63,096 nt of DNA, from the NCBI GenBank assembly GCA_964509565.1, contig CAZDXE010000002.1, positions 1-63,096 of the forward strand, read 5' to 3'. The translations under genes were made by a program, and so were the position numbers. The notes below the pieces were generated by a model. That model was not told where the DNA came from. It saw nothing but the letters and a program-made list of their open reading frames with translations, and ran no database searches. This DNA comes from an uncultured Dehalococcoidales bacterium (GTDB taxonomy: Bacteria; Chloroflexota; Dehalococcoidia; GIF9; AB-539-J10). The stretch's first letter is position 1. Every line of letters starts with the position of its first letter. Shown one piece after another: positions 62,833 to 63,096 of the stretch.

Positions 62833-63096
62833 CAATCTAGTAGTATTGATGAAAACAGGCCAGCAAGCGGTTTAAATTTGCATTTAAAAATACCGGCCAC
62901 CTGCGCCTGAAACCGTCCTGGCGCTAACTCAATAAGTGGTAAAACCATCAGTGACAGGTCAGTAAGAAATCTAGAGTTAGGCTGAGATGGCCATCAATTT
63001 CTTTACAGGGAGTGTCTCGTCCGTGCTCGCCAATAACACTGAAATATCGATAACAGTTCTATAATATGATACAGTAGACAACAAGTGTTAAATGAT

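Noticed and set aside
62826-62948. 40-aa minus-strand ORF (MVLPLIELAPGRFQAQVAGIFKCKFKPLAGLFSSILLDWF) in the window tail.
   Set aside because: It has no RBS and no recognisable motif, and its 3' end overlaps the conserved element. There is not enough evidence to call it a gene.
62940-62990. GACAGGTCAGTAAGAAATC as the SRP (4.5S) RNA domain IV motif.
   Set aside because: The conserved GGAAGCAGCC segment and the complementary 3' strand are missing.

Overview
Gene-dense bacterial chromosomal window. It has no rRNA, CRISPR array, integrase or transposase. Gene content and order look Chloroflexota/Dehalococcoidia-like, but that is a low-confidence inference.

The core (5.9-24.7 kb, minus strand) is one uninterrupted ribosomal super-cluster: rpsL-rpsG-fusA-rpsJ-rplC-rplD-rplW-rplB-rpsS-rplV-rpsC-rplP-rpmC-rpsQ-rplN-rplX-rplE-rpsZ-rpsH-rplF-rplR-rpsE-rplO-secY-adk-[map remnant]-infA-rpmJ-rpsM-rpsK-rpsD-rpoA-rplQ-truA-rplM-rpsI. 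It has no tuf and no rpmD.

The left edge carries a glycosylation cluster. It consists of a large membrane protein that runs off the window and is therefore absent from the ORF track, two GT2 genes, and an internally deleted epimerase remnant between them.

The right half is mostly housekeeping:
- ligA, pth, eno, gap
- an ECF sigma/anti-sigma pair followed by dnaX-recR-recO
- trkAH, pheA
- the dgt-dnaG-rpoD operon
- metK with a phosphohexomutase and a PGI/PMI gene
- tRNA-Ser(GCU)

It ends in a looser accessory stretch: a DUF3160 lipoprotein, an MFS transporter, rubrerythrin, an enolase-superfamily enzyme, an orphan 295-aa protein and a 47-aa zinc-ribbon gene.

I found no clear multi-gene novel system. 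The most unusual signals are:
1. A conserved element of about 55 nt present twice, upstream of metK and 12.35 kb downstream.
2. Three cases of gene erosion: a map remnant, an epimerase remnant, and pheA without a canonical start codon.
3. Two long perfect inverted repeats in intergenic DNA.
4. The orphan nuclease-like 295-aa gene, which has its own promoter.

All homology calls come from reading the translated sequences. No database search was run.
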